Positions 24,740 through 37,517 of a stretch of 64,000 nt of DNA are shown one piece after another. The notes beneath the pieces were generated by a model, which worked only from the letters and a program-made list of their open reading frames with translations, did no database searches and was not told where the DNA came from. Location of the stretch: the NCBI RefSeq assembly GCF_044704955.1, contig NC_091980.1:133176001-133240000 (forward strand), given 5' to 3'. A program made the position numbers and the translations under genes. The stretch comes from Pristiophorus japonicus (lineage: Eukaryota). Each line of letters opens with the position of its first letter. Position 1 is the stretch's first letter.

Positions 24740-27700
24740 ACAGACACCAGGAGTACGGTAAGGCTGGCCAGACCCACCAGGGGTGACAGCACAGTGGTAT
24801 ACAATCGGGAGGGAGTGGCCCTGGGAGTCAACATTGACTCCAGACCCCATTAAGTCTCATGGCTTCAAGTCAAGCATGGGCAAGGAAACCTCCTGCTGAT
24901 TACCACCTATTTCCCTCCCTCAGCTGATGAATCACTACTGCTCCATGGTGAACATCACTTGGAGGAAGCACTGATAGTAGCAAGGGCACAGAATGTACTC
25001 TGGTTGGGGGACTTCAATGTCCATCACCAAGAGAGGCTCAGAAGCACCAATACTGACCGAGCTGGCCGAGTCCTGAAGGAACGGGCTGCCACATTGGGCC
25101 TGCGACAAATGGTGAGAAAACCAACAGAAGGGGAAAAACCTACATGACCTCGTCCTCACCAATCTACCTATCACAGACACATCTGTCCATGACAGCATTA
25201 GTAGCAGTGACCACTACACAATCGTTGTGGAGAAGAAGTCCCAACTTCACATTGAGAACACCCTCCATCGTGTTGTGAGGCACTACTACCATGCTAAATG
25301 GGATAGATTCAGAACAGATTTATCATCTCAAATCTGGGTATCCATGAGGTGCTGTGGGCCATCAGTAGCGGCAGAATTGTATTCTGTAGTGTCTCTGCAC
25401 CTTGTTACAAACTCACACGAGGCATGTATATATCAGACATGGTCACTCTGTGACCTTCACTTTATTCCCAGTACCAAAGAGTGCTGACCCTGGGTGGGAC
25501 CTCCCCTTTTATACTTGGAAACCCAGGTGAGGAGTGTCTTCCGCAAGCTCACCCCCTGTGGTCAGGGTGTGCATTTCAAGAGTACAGGTACAGTGTGCAT
25601 CAGTTACAGTTCCTTAACTATTGTCATTGCAAGATGGTGAAATACATGACATCACCTCCCCCCTTAAGTCTTTTAGTTTCAGAGATTAAGTCTATCGGGT
25701 GGTCGACGCTCTCTCATGGAGTGCCGCAGTTGTGGCTCTGGTGGCTGAGCCTCAGCACGCATCTCTGTCACTTGAGGTGATTCCGGCCTGTCTGGGCTGG
25801 CCGCCGGGACTGTGCATGCTGAGGGCTGTCTTTGTTGCTCATACGCTGATAGTGGAATGGGTGCCATCTCATCATGTTCTTCTTCCAGTTCCTCCGTGTC
25901 TATGCTGAACCTTGTCTTTACTTGGTCCAAGTGTTTGCGGCATATCTGCCCATTGTTTAGTCTGACCACCATGACCCTGTTTCCTTCTTTGCCAATTACG
26001 GTGCCCTCAAGCCACTTGGGTCCCAAAGCATGGTTAAGAACAAATACCGGGTCATCTATTTCTATACACCTCCCCTTTGAGCCTCGATCATGGAGCTCGG
26101 TTTGGGACTGGCGCTTGCCCTCAACAATGTCTGCCAGGTCTGGGTGAATGAGGCTCAGTCGTATCTTGAGCCTGCGTTTCATGAGGAGTTCCCTGGCGGG
26201 ACTCCCGTGAGCGAGTGCGGCTGGGACCTGTAGGCCAGCAGGAGACGCGTTAGGCTGTACTGAAGGGAGGGTCCTTGGATGCGTAGCATGCCCTGCTTTA
26301 TGACTTGGCCCGCCCGTTCCGCCTGGCCATTGGAAGCCGGCTTGAATGGCGCTGTCCGGACGTGCTTGATCCCATTGCCCGACATAAACTCCTGGAATTC
26401 ATGGCTGGTAAAATACGGGCCAGTCACTGACCAGGAAGTCCGGCAAGCCATGGGTCGCGAAAACCGTACGCAGACTCTCCACTGTGATTGAACTCGTGCA
26501 CGACATCCATATGATGCACTCGATCCACTTTGACTATGCGTCGACAATGATCAAGAACATTTTCCCCATGAACGGGCCCGTAGCCATGGCCTGGTGGGCC
26601 AGGGCCAAGGGCTGAGTGGCGCCTCCCTGGGGGCATTGCCCAGCTGGGCACACGTCGTGCACTTGCGAACCCAGTGTTCCAGTTCTGAGTCAATCCCCGG
26701 CTACCATACATATGACCGGGCAATGGCCTTCATTAACACGATGCCAGGGTGCTCACTGTGGAGTTCCCTGATGAAGGCTTCCCTTCCTTTCTGGGGCATG
26801 ACTGCCCGGCTGCCCCAGAACAGACAGTCGGCTTGGATGAAGAGTTCGTACATCCGTCTCTGAAATGGCCTGACTTCCTCGGGGCACGCCCTGTGTGTGG
26901 GCACGCAATTCCCAGTCAGGACACATTTCTTTATCATGGATAGGAGGGGGTCCCTGTTGGTCCAGAGTTTGATCTGTCGGGCTGTGATGGGGGTGCCGGC
27001 AGTGTCAAAAGCCTCAACGTCCATGACCATCTCGGCGTTCTGCTCTGACGTCCCCTCGGTGGTGGCCAGTGGGAGCCTGCTGAGTACGTCAGCGCAATTT
27101 TCGGTGACTGGCCAGTGCAGAATGGTGTAGTCATACGCAGCCAGCGTGAGGGCCCATTGCTGTATGCGAGCTGACGCGTTAGCGTTGACAGCCTTGGTGT
27201 TGGACAACAGGGATGTTAATGGCTTATGGTCCGTCTCTAGCTCGAACGGTCTTCCGAAAAGGTACTGGTGCATCTTTTTCACACCGTACACACACGCGAG
27301 TGCCTCGTTCTCGACCATGCCATATCCACGCTCTGCCTGGGAGAGCGACCTGGAGGTGTAAGCCACCAGTTGGAGTCGGCTATCATCGGCACCCTGCTGC
27401 AATATACACCCAACCCCGTAGGATGACACATCGCATGTTAAAACCAGTTTGTTTTTTTTAAAACAGGGGTCATACAAAGTCAACAGTTTGTTGGAACACA
27501 GCAGGTTCCTCGCCTTATTGAAAGCCCGTTCTTGATAATCCCCCCAAAACCATTCACACCCTTTACGGAGGAGCATGTGTAATGGATCCAACAATGTGTT
27601 GAAGTTCGGCAGAAAGTTCCCAAAATAGTTCAAAAGTCCCAGGAATGATCGCAACTCCGACGTGTTGCCGGGCCTGGGCGCCCGGCAAATCGCCTCAGTT

Positions 27701-30700
27701 TTTGATTCAGTGGGCCAGATCCCGTCTGCGACAACCCTGCTGCCCAGGAACTCGACCTCTGAGGCCAAAAACATGCACTTTGCCCTTTTCAGCCGCAAGC
27801 CTACCCGATCCAATTGGCATAGCACCTCCTCCAGGTTGCGGAGGTGTTCCTCGGTGTCTCGACCCGTTATAAGGATGTCGTCTTGGAATACGACCATTCC
27901 AAGGATGGACTTGAGCAAGCTTTCCATGTTTCGCTGAAAGATAGCCGCTGACGAACGAATGCCAAACGGACACCTGTTGTAGACAAATAGTCCTTTGTGC
28001 GTCGTGATGGTGGTCAGAAGCTTGGAATCTTCCGCCAGTTCCCGAGTCATGTAGGCCGAAGTGAGGTCCAGCTTCGTGAACAGCTTTCCACCTGCCAACG
28101 TGGCAAAGAGGTCCTCCGCTCTCGGAAGCGGGTATTGGTCTTGCAGAGACACTCGGTTGATGGTGGCTTTGTAGTCGCCACAAATTCTAACCGAGCCATC
28201 TTCTTTGAGGTCGGGAATGATGGGACTTGCCCAGTCGCTGAATTCAACGGCCGAAATTATGCCCTCTCTGAGCAGCCTGTCCAGTTCACTTTCAATTTTC
28301 TGGCTTTGGCTTTGTGGTGCACTGGTCTGGCGTCCGGAGTGATGTGTATCACTACTTTAGTGCCTTTGAATGTTCCGACACCGGGTTGAAAGAGTGACTC
28401 GAATTTTTGCAATACCTGCGAGCATGACCTTTGCTCCACGGATGAAATGGCGTGCACGATCCCCCATTTCCAATTCATCTCAGCTAGCCAACTCCTCCCC
28501 AAAAGCGCGGGGCCATTTCCTGGAACAATCCAGAGTGGCAGCCGGTTCTGTAATCAATTATGCGTTACAACCAAATTTGCACTGCCCAGCACTGGGATGA
28601 TCTCTTTGGTGTACGTACGTAGCTGCGTCTCAATGCGTTCCAGTTTGGGCCTGCCAGCTCTGTGTGGCCATAGTCTCTCAAATTGTTGGGCGCTCATGAG
28701 TGACTGGTTAGCTCCCGTATCCAGCTCCATGTGCACCGGGATGCCATTCAGTAAGACTTACATCATCATGGGTGGCGTTTTAGTGTATGAGCTGTGGATG
28801 TCAGCCACATGAACTCTCTGAACTTCAGCATCCATAGTTGTTCCCCAGGCCTCATCCTGCATTGCAGACCCCTCGTCTGGTTCCTCTGTCTCACAGACTA
28901 GCCTCGCTACTGCCTTTTTGCATATCCTGGTCAAGTGTCCACAGACATTACAAATCCTACAGGCATAAAGCTGGAACCTGCAGCTTTTGGCAGTGTGTCT
29001 ACCCCCACATCTCCAGCATGAGCTGAGATTGCTGCTAACAAAAGGACTATTCCCAGTCATGCCTCTCTGATGGCCCGTTTGGCTGTTTCTAAGCACTCTG
29101 AATGGTCCCATCATGGGATGCATTGTTCCTCGTGATGGCGTGAATTGCCAATCCCCTTTCCATTGTCCCTGTTGCGGGCCCACCCTGGAGCTTGTTGCTG
29201 CCTGGGCGGTGTCGAATTGCCCTTGGCTGCCAGCCTGGGCGGTGTCGAATTTCCCTTGCCTGCCTGGGGGTTCTGTATCATTTTTACAACAGTAACTGCC
29301 TGGTTCATCGCAACGTTAAAACCAGGGCTATGTGCGTAAAGTAGCTTGGTCTCCTCTTCTCCTGCCATAAAGGTCTCAGCTATCAACGCCGCTCCTTCTA
29401 AGGTCAGGTCCATGGTCTTTATAAGCTTCCTGAAAATCCCGGCATGATTAATGCCCTCGATGAAAAAGTCCCTTAATATCTCCTCCCTGCAGGCATCGGA
29501 GAACTTAGCGACTGGCCAAATGCCACAGTTCCGCCACGAAGTCCGAGACGTTCTGACCCTCCCGACGCTGGAGAGAGTAGAACCGGTGCCAGGCCATGTG
29601 TACGCTACTGGAGATGCTCACTGATCAGCTGGCTGAGCTCTTCGAAGGCCTTGTCCGCTGGCTTTTGGGGTACGAGCAGGTCTTTCATCAGCGCATACGT
29701 CTGTGGACCACAGCTGGTCAGTAGATGCGCCCTCCGCTTGTCAGCCGCTGTCTCTTCGAGCCAGCCCTTTGTGACAAAGCTCTGCTGGAGTCTTTACACA
29801 AAGTCGGCCCAGTCCTCACCCACACAGTAGCGTTCCTTTGTGCCACCGGTGGCCATCCTCATGGTTCAGTGATTCCCATATCTCGTCGCCAGATGTAGTG
29901 TCTTTGCACCTTGTTACAAACTCACATGAGGCATGTATATATCACTCTGTGATCTTCACTTTATTCCCAGGACCAAAGACTGCTGACCCTGGGTGGGACC
30001 TCCCCTTTTATAACTGGAAACCCAGGTGAGGAGTATCTCCCGCAAGCTCACCCCCTGTGGTCAGGGTGTGCATTTCAAGGGTACAGGTACAGTGAGCATG
30101 AGTTACAGTTACATAACTATTGTCATTGCAAGATGTCGAAATACATGACATATTCCACCACAATCTGTAACTGCATGGCCCAGTATATCCCTCACTCTAG
30201 CATTACCATCAAGCCAAGGGGAGCAACCCTGGTCAATGAGGAGTGCAGAAGAGCATGCCAGGAATAGCACAGGCATACCTAAAAATGAGGTGCCAAACTG
30301 GGGAAGTTGCAACACAGGACTACATGCATGCTAAATAGCGGAAGCAGCATGCTATAGAAAGAGCAAAACAATCCCACAATCAACGGATCAGATCAAAGGT
30401 CTGCAGACTACCACATCTAGTTGTGAATGGTGGTGGACCATTAAACAAGTAACGGGAGGGAGAGGCTCCATGAACATCCCCATCCTCAATGATGGAGCAG
30501 CCCAGCTCGTCAGTACAAAAGACAAGGCTGAAGCGTTTGCAAACAGCTCTAGCCAGAAGTGCCTCATGATCCATCACGGCCCCCTCCTAGGGTCCCCACC
30601 ATCACAGAAGCCAGTCTTCAGCCAATTCAATTCACTTCACATGATATCAAGAAACAGCTGAGCGCACTGGATACAGCAAAGACTATGGGACCCGTTCACT

Positions 30701-32057
30701 TCCCGGCTCTTGTGCAGAACACTTGTGCTCCACAAAAAGCAGGACAAATCCAATCTGGACAATTACCGCCCCATCAGTCTACTCGCAATCATCAGCAAAG
30801 TGATGGAAGGTGTTGTCGACAGGACTATCAAGTAGCACTTATTCACCAAGAAACTGCTCACCTGCAGACTGTGGACAGTCGGGTTCAGCCAGGACCACTT
30901 GGCTCCAGACCTCCTTACAGCTTGGTCCAAATAGGGACATAAAAGCTGAATTATAGAGGTAAGGCGAGAGTGGCGGACCTTGACATCAAAGCAACATTTG
31001 ACCGAGTGTGGCATCAAGGAGCACGAGTACAATTGAAGTCAATGGGAATCAGGGGTGAAACTGCCCACTAGCTGGAGTCATACCGAGCACAGGAAGATAG
31101 TTGTGGTTGTTGGGGATCAATCATCTCCGCCCCAGGAGTTCCTCAGGGCAGTGTCCTCGGCCCAACCATCTTCAGCTGCTTCATCAATGAGCTTCCTTGC
31201 ATCATAAGGTCAGAAAGGGGGATGTTCGCTGATGATTGCAGTGTTCAGTTCGATTTGCAACTCCTCAGAAAGTGAAGCAGTCTATGCCCACATGCAGTAA
31301 ACCCTGGACGACATTTGCGCCACACAAGTGCCAGGCAATGACTACCTCCAACAAGCGAGTTTCTAACCACCTGCCCTTGACATTCAACAGCATTACCATC
31401 GCTGAGTTCCCCCACCATCAATACCTGGGTGTCACCATTGACCAGAACCTGAACTGGACCAGCTGCATAAATACAGTGGGAGCAAAAGTGGGTGAGAGGC
31501 TGGGTATTCTGCGGCGAGTGTCTCACCTCCTGACTCCCCCCAGCCTTTCCACCGTCTACAAAGCACAAGTCAGGAGTGTGATGGAATACTCTCCACTTGC
31601 CTGGATCAGTGCAGCTCCAACTTGAGAAAATTGGATGGGCACCCCATCCACCACTTTCAACATTCACTGCCTCCACTACCGGCATACCATGGCTGCAGTG
31701 TGTAACATCTCGAAGATGCACTGCAGCAACTCTTCAAGGTTCTTCAGCAACACCTACCAACCCGCAAGCTCTACCAACCAGAAGGACACGGGCAGCATGC
31801 GCATGGGAACACCATAACCTGCAAGTTCCGCTCCAAGTTACACACCATCCTGACTTGGAAATATATAACCATTCCTTCGTCATCGCTGGGACAAAACCAT
31901 GGAACTCCCTCCCTAACAGCACTGTGGGAGTAGCTGCACCACAAGGACTGCAACAGTTCAAGAAGGCATCTCACCACAACCTTCTCAAGGGCAATTAGTG
32001 ATGGGCAATAAATACTGGCCTTGCCTGTGGTGCCCACATTCCACAACAAATAAAAAA
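24740..32057 (+). mobile_element. Degenerate CR1/L2-group LINE interrupted by Gypsy C
   Basis: Endonuclease motif WLGDFNVHH, RT fragments 30720-31625, 3' tail ~31985-32050. Confidence 0.8.
25385..30150 (-). mobile_element. Ty3/Gypsy LTR retrotransposon C, degenerate full length
   Basis: LTRs 25385-25651 and 29894-30150; perfect TSD TATTC; PBS TGGCGACGAG; 483-aa RT-RNase H ORF 26701-28152; integrase fragments. Confidence 0.95.
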
Positions 32058-32559
32058 GTCATTAACATGGAAAGACTGAATGAGACAATTTAAATTACTT
32101 AATTAACTTGTAAACACTGGATTTTTGCAGCTCCAGTATCAATAACATTTGAATCCATTCATGGACAAGAAGTGGACAAATGGAGATCCAGTAGGATTTG
32201 GAAAGGATGATTGCTATTTGTATGAAATGCACAACGGAACAAAATACAAATGGATATATTTATGAAGGAGCTGCTGGTATTGGGTTATAAATTGATGGAA
32301 AAGGCATGCAAGGTGTAGTTGGGGAGGGGAAGAGTTTCAGGAGAAGTATCTATATAACTTGGGAGTTTTCCTTTATGCATTTAATGAAATACATTTTCTC
32401 ATTCCAGGAGGATTATACTTTGTTGGAGTACAGTCCCACATGTATTCTTTGCCCAATTCCTTATTCATGTGGGAGCCTAGTCAGTGAGTGTTGGCAAGTT
32501 AGTCAACCATGAGATGGGGTGGGAGGGGTCCCAGAAACAAGCCCAATAGGGTATTCTAT

Positions 32560-33210
32560 GTGGGGTACGATAGAATAGTGGTTATGTTACTGGATAAACC
32601 AGAGGCCTGGGCTAATGATCCAGAGACAAAATCCCAGCACAGCAGCTGGGGAATTTAAATTCAGTTAATCAATTAAATACATCTGGAATAAAAAGCTAGT
32701 CCTGGTGATCATCTGATTCACTAATCTCCTTTAGGGAAGGAAATAAGAACATAAGAAATAGGAGCAGGAGTAGGCCATAAGGCTTCTCGAGCCTGCTCCG
32801 CCATTTAATATGATTATGGCTGATCCGATCATGGAGTCGTCCACTTCCCTGCCCGTTCCCTATAACCCCTTATTCCCTTATCGGTTAAGAAACTGTCTAT
32901 CTCTGTCTTAAATTTATTCAATGACCCAGCTTCCACAGCTCTTTGAGGCTGTGAAATCCACAGATTTACAACCCTCTGCGAGAAGAAATTCCTCCTCCGT
33001 TTTAAATGGGCGGCCCATTATTTTAAGATTATGCCCCCTTACCCGGGGATAATCTACCGTCCTTACCCGGTCTGGCCTATATTTGACTCAAGGCCCACAG
33101 CAATGTGGTTCACACTTAACTGCCCTCTGAAATGGCCCAGCACGGCACTCAGTCCTACAAGGCTGTTCACCTTCAAGGTGAATTAGATATGAGTAATAAA
33201 TGCTGGCCTG
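32560..33210 (+). mobile_element. SINE plus nested CR1 fragment (unit 2 copy)
   Basis: Colinear with 12398-13102. Confidence 0.6.
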
Positions 33211-36108
33211 AACTCAGACATTACTGGTCTGTATGGCAGTTACTTGCTCTTTGCCTACGCAGCTTAACAGGAAGTCTATAGCAGCAGTGGTTTACTGAGC
33301 TACCCGCAGTAATAACTCTGAATGCAAAGAACACAGATGCATTTAAGGGAATGCTAGATAAACACGAGGGAGAAAGGTACAGAAGGATATGCTGATAGGT
33401 CAAGATGAAGTGGGAGTGAGGAGACTCACATGGAGCATAAACCACAGCATGGCCCAGTTGGACTGAATGGTCTTTTTCTATGCTGTAAATTCGATGTAAT
33501 TCTTAAAACACGGGCACTTGTGAAGTGCTTCACATTGAGTGAGCTGAAGACTTTGTCAGAAACATGAAACCCATCAACACGCAAACCCAGGCTGGAATTG
33601 TGGCTCATCAATGTATGAAATTTTGTGACATCAACACCCCAAAAGTGCCCTTGACAGTTGCAAAGACATTAACATGGAATGGCTGAAGATGGCAATTTAA
33701 TTGCACCCAATTCATTTTCTCAACTAAATTCCTAAAATTAACTTGTAAACACTGGATTATTACAGCTGTAGCTGAATAGGGGTGAAGGAGAAAGGGAGAT
33801 CCAGGAGGATTTGGACAGATTAATTGCTATTTGGTATGAAATACAAAATGGGACGAAATATAAATTGATACATTGGGTTGATAAATTGAGGGATTAGGCA
33901 TTGGGCTTGGGTTTTGGGAAGGGGGAATGCTTTTCAAGATAAATGTGTTTAACTTTTGGGCCTTTTGCTTTGGTTATTTAATGAAATACATTTACTTCCA
34001 GAAGGATAACATGTGTTGGAGTACAGTTGCACAAGTATTCCTTCAATACCTTACCCAATTCCTTATTCATGTGTGAATCTAACTAGGTTAGTAAGATATT
34101 CAACCATGAGGGGAGCGGGCGGAAGAGAATCTGTCGCAGAATCACCAGACTCGGGTATCCACACTAACCAATGAAGGTGTGACAGCAAGCTGATGTCACC
34201 TGTTGCTTTCCCTCTTCACCCAGTTGTAGTCCCCAGGGTTCAATGCACTCGAATATTGCTGGTCTGTACAGCAGTTGGAGCTCTGCCTACAAAGCTTAAC
34301 AGAAAGTCTACAGCAGCAGTGGTGAGTTCAGTTTCTGAACAACCTGCAATAATAACTGAACAGGATCTGCAGCAGCTACTGAATTCCAGGGCCGATACCT
34401 TAATTAAATAGGATGCTAATCCAGGCCTAAAATGGTGTAACTGTAAATCATTCCCTGTGTTTAACACGTGTTATGGCAACCTGTATTTTGTCGTCGGGAT
34501 TTTGCATTTATGTAAGAGCAGAGAGAATGTTCACTCGTGGGAACAGGTATTTTTATTCAGCTGTCGAGAGCAAGCTCTGTGGTTCCCTTCCTAAACCTCA
34601 GTATCTCCTTTAATACACTTCTTAAAACTTACCTCTGACCAAGCTTTGTCCCTCGTCAATACCGCATGTGGCGGTCAATTGTCTGAACATTATAGATCTT
34701 ATAACATGTGTCCAAATATCCAACATTACTCCAGAGGAAACACAAAATTCTGAGGGGAGAGGATCAACAGCCAGTGGTCGTGGTCCATATCGGGACCAAT
34801 GACATCGGTAAAAAGAGAGATGAGGTCCTGCAGGCAGAGTTTAGGGAGCTAGGAGAGAGATTAAAAAGCAGGACCTCAAAGGTAGTAATCTCCAGATTAC
34901 TCGCGGTGCCACGAGCCAGTGAGTACAGAAATAGGGGGATAGAACAGATGAATACGTGGCTTGAGAGATGGTGCAGGAGGCAGGGCTTTGGATTCCTGAA
35001 ACAGTAGGACCACTTCTGGGGGAGGTGGGATCTGTACAAGCCGGACCGGTTGCACCTCAACAGCACCGGGACCAATATCTTCGCGGTGTGGGGCGGGGCG
35101 GGGTAGTTGCTTGTGCTGTTGGGGAGGGTTTAAACTAGCTTGGCAGGGGGATGGGAACCTGAGAAGAGAGTCAGTAGGGAGGAGAGTAAAGCTGGAATTG
35201 GAAAGCAAAAATGTAGGAGAGTTAATTTCAAGGATAGAGGAAACAAGCAGGAAAAAATGGTAAAAAAAATTATAAGCTCTTGGTCTAAATGCACGTAGCA
35301 TTCATAACAAAATAGATGAGTTGACAGCACAATTAGATACAAATGGGTATGATCTGACAGCCATTACAGAGACGTGGTTGCAAGGTGACCAGGACTGGGA
35401 AGTAAATATTCAGGGGTATTTAACAATTTGGAAGGACAGACAGAAAAGAAAATGAGGTGGGGTTGCACTGTTAATAAAGGATGGGATCAGTGCGTTAGTG
35501 AGAAACGACATTGGCTCAGAGGATCGCGATGTTGAATCAGTTTGGGTGGAGATAAGGAATAATAAAGGGGAAAAGTCACTGGTGGACGCAGTATATAGGC
35601 CCCTAACAGCAGTTATATTGTTGGATGGAGTATAAATCAAGAAATGATGGAGGCTTGTAATAAAGGAACAGCAATAACCATGGGCAATTTTAACCTTCTT
35701 ATTGATTGGTCAAAGCAAATTGGCCAGGATAGCCTTGAGGAAGAATACATCACGTGTATCCTGGATTCTTTCCTCCAACAGTATTTTGCAGAACCAATCA
35801 GGGAGCATGCTATCTTAGATCTCGTACGTGTAATGAGACAGGATTAATAAATGATCTCATAATGAAGGATCCTCTCGGAATGCGTGAGCATAACATGGTT
35901 GAATTTCAAATTCAGTTGGAGGTTGAGAAAGTTGGAGGTTCTCAAACCAGGGTCCTAAGCTTAAATAAAGGAGACTGCAAAAGTATGAGGGCATAGTTGG
36001 CTAAAGTGGATTGGAAAATAGACTAAAGTATGGGATGGTTGATGAGCAGTGGCAGACATTTAAGGAGATATTTCATAACTCACAACAAAAATATATCACA
36101 ATGAGAAG

Positions 36109-37495
36109 TGTAAGGGTCGAAAATCCAGTGCTACACTATATAAAAAAAAAAGGCACCCGGTAACAAGGAAAGAGCATGGGATCATCCTCTGATCGAACTT
36201 TGGCCAAGGCAAGCCACAGGAAGAAAGGCAGGCTGGGAAGAATGTCTGTGGCCGGACACTGATTTCGAGGGGCACAGGCTGGCTGAGAAGCCAGCCAATC
36301 CCGGGAAAGTGCATCCTGGGCTGACCAGTGAATCGTGCCGGGCCAGAAGCAGGGAAATCATCGACCAATGGGAAATACCAGGCCCATTTTGTAAAGAACA
36401 GCTTACCTGGATCTAATCAAGGAGATAGGCCTATTACCAGCCCATTACCCATGTACATAAAGACAATTGGAAAGCCTCACACCTCAGTACATCCCAACCC
36501 TGACAATAGCCAGCCAGACAATTAGGCACCGAGGTGCACAAGAAACAATGCTTTACATTTAACACCTCATCCCCACCTCGACTCAAACAATGAAACATTG
36601 ATTCAGTTTGGGCGCAAAAAGGGCCGGAACTGAACCGAATATAAAGGCAAGAGCAAGAAGGACGCACAGGCGGAGAAGGAGACGCACACAAGAAGGACAC
36701 ACGCTCAGAAGGAGACATACTCAGACAGAGACAGAGACAGACAACACCTCGAAGGAAGAGAGAGGGACTCAGCCTCGCAGCAAATAAAACCTCCAAGGAC
36801 GACTGGAGAAGCCCGATTTAAGGTAGGACCCACTATACCTGTCAAAAGGGAAACTGAGTATCACCCTGGTGTCTTTTCTCAACTGTCAGCTTAGGCTAGT
36901 TAGGTGTAAAGGAGGGGGTAGGTGATAGAGTGGGTGTAAGGATTTTAAACTTGTGTAAAACTTCCGATGTGTTCGTTCCTCCCATAGACCTTTTCTTAGT
37001 TCAAGGTGGTTCAACAAGCCAGTGCGTCGACCTTGTATTTCACTTGGTCCACACTTTGGGAGCTCGTACCAAATATACATGTGTGTATTAGCCTATGTGT
37101 TGTTTTAGCAGTGTAACCTTGTTTAAACGCGCACCTGGGTTTTAATAAAGTAGGACTTACCTGAATTTTCCAGGAACATTTCTTGTCTTTTGCATCTGAG
37201 TGTTTTATTGTGGGAAGCTCACTATCCACCTAAATTCTGAGGTCAGAACCAGATAGGGGTACAGGACGCCTCAAATACGTCAAGGTTGTGATTGGATATA
37301 AGCGGCCGCAGACATATTGGTGGTATCAAACATATCACTAAGCTGTAATTGGATATAAGCAGCCTTAGGCATATTGGTGGTATCAAACATATCACTAAGC
37401 TGTAATTGGGTATAAGCAGGAAGAAAAAGATCCACTGGTGATAGCAACTCAAATCACCATAGTCTGAACGCTGCGCCCAGTCACCAGCAACCGCA
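36109..37495 (+). repeat. 5' LTR of the provirus
   Basis: Colinear with 44620-45929; TATAAA ~36640, AATAAA ~36783; internal 57-bp tandem repeat 37291-37419. Confidence 0.88.
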
Positions 37496-37517
37496 GAAGG
37501 AAAAACCCCTGCAACTA

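Noticed and set aside
24464-24853. 129-aa ORF as a novel gene
   Set aside because: It spans a CR1 tail, the duplicated block and a LINE junction; the frame is broken in the paralogous blocks at 13510-13800 and 33340-33660.
37291-37419. CRISPR-like repeat appearance
   Set aside because: Simple head-to-tail 57-bp repeat without unique spacers, inside an LTR, in eukaryotic DNA.
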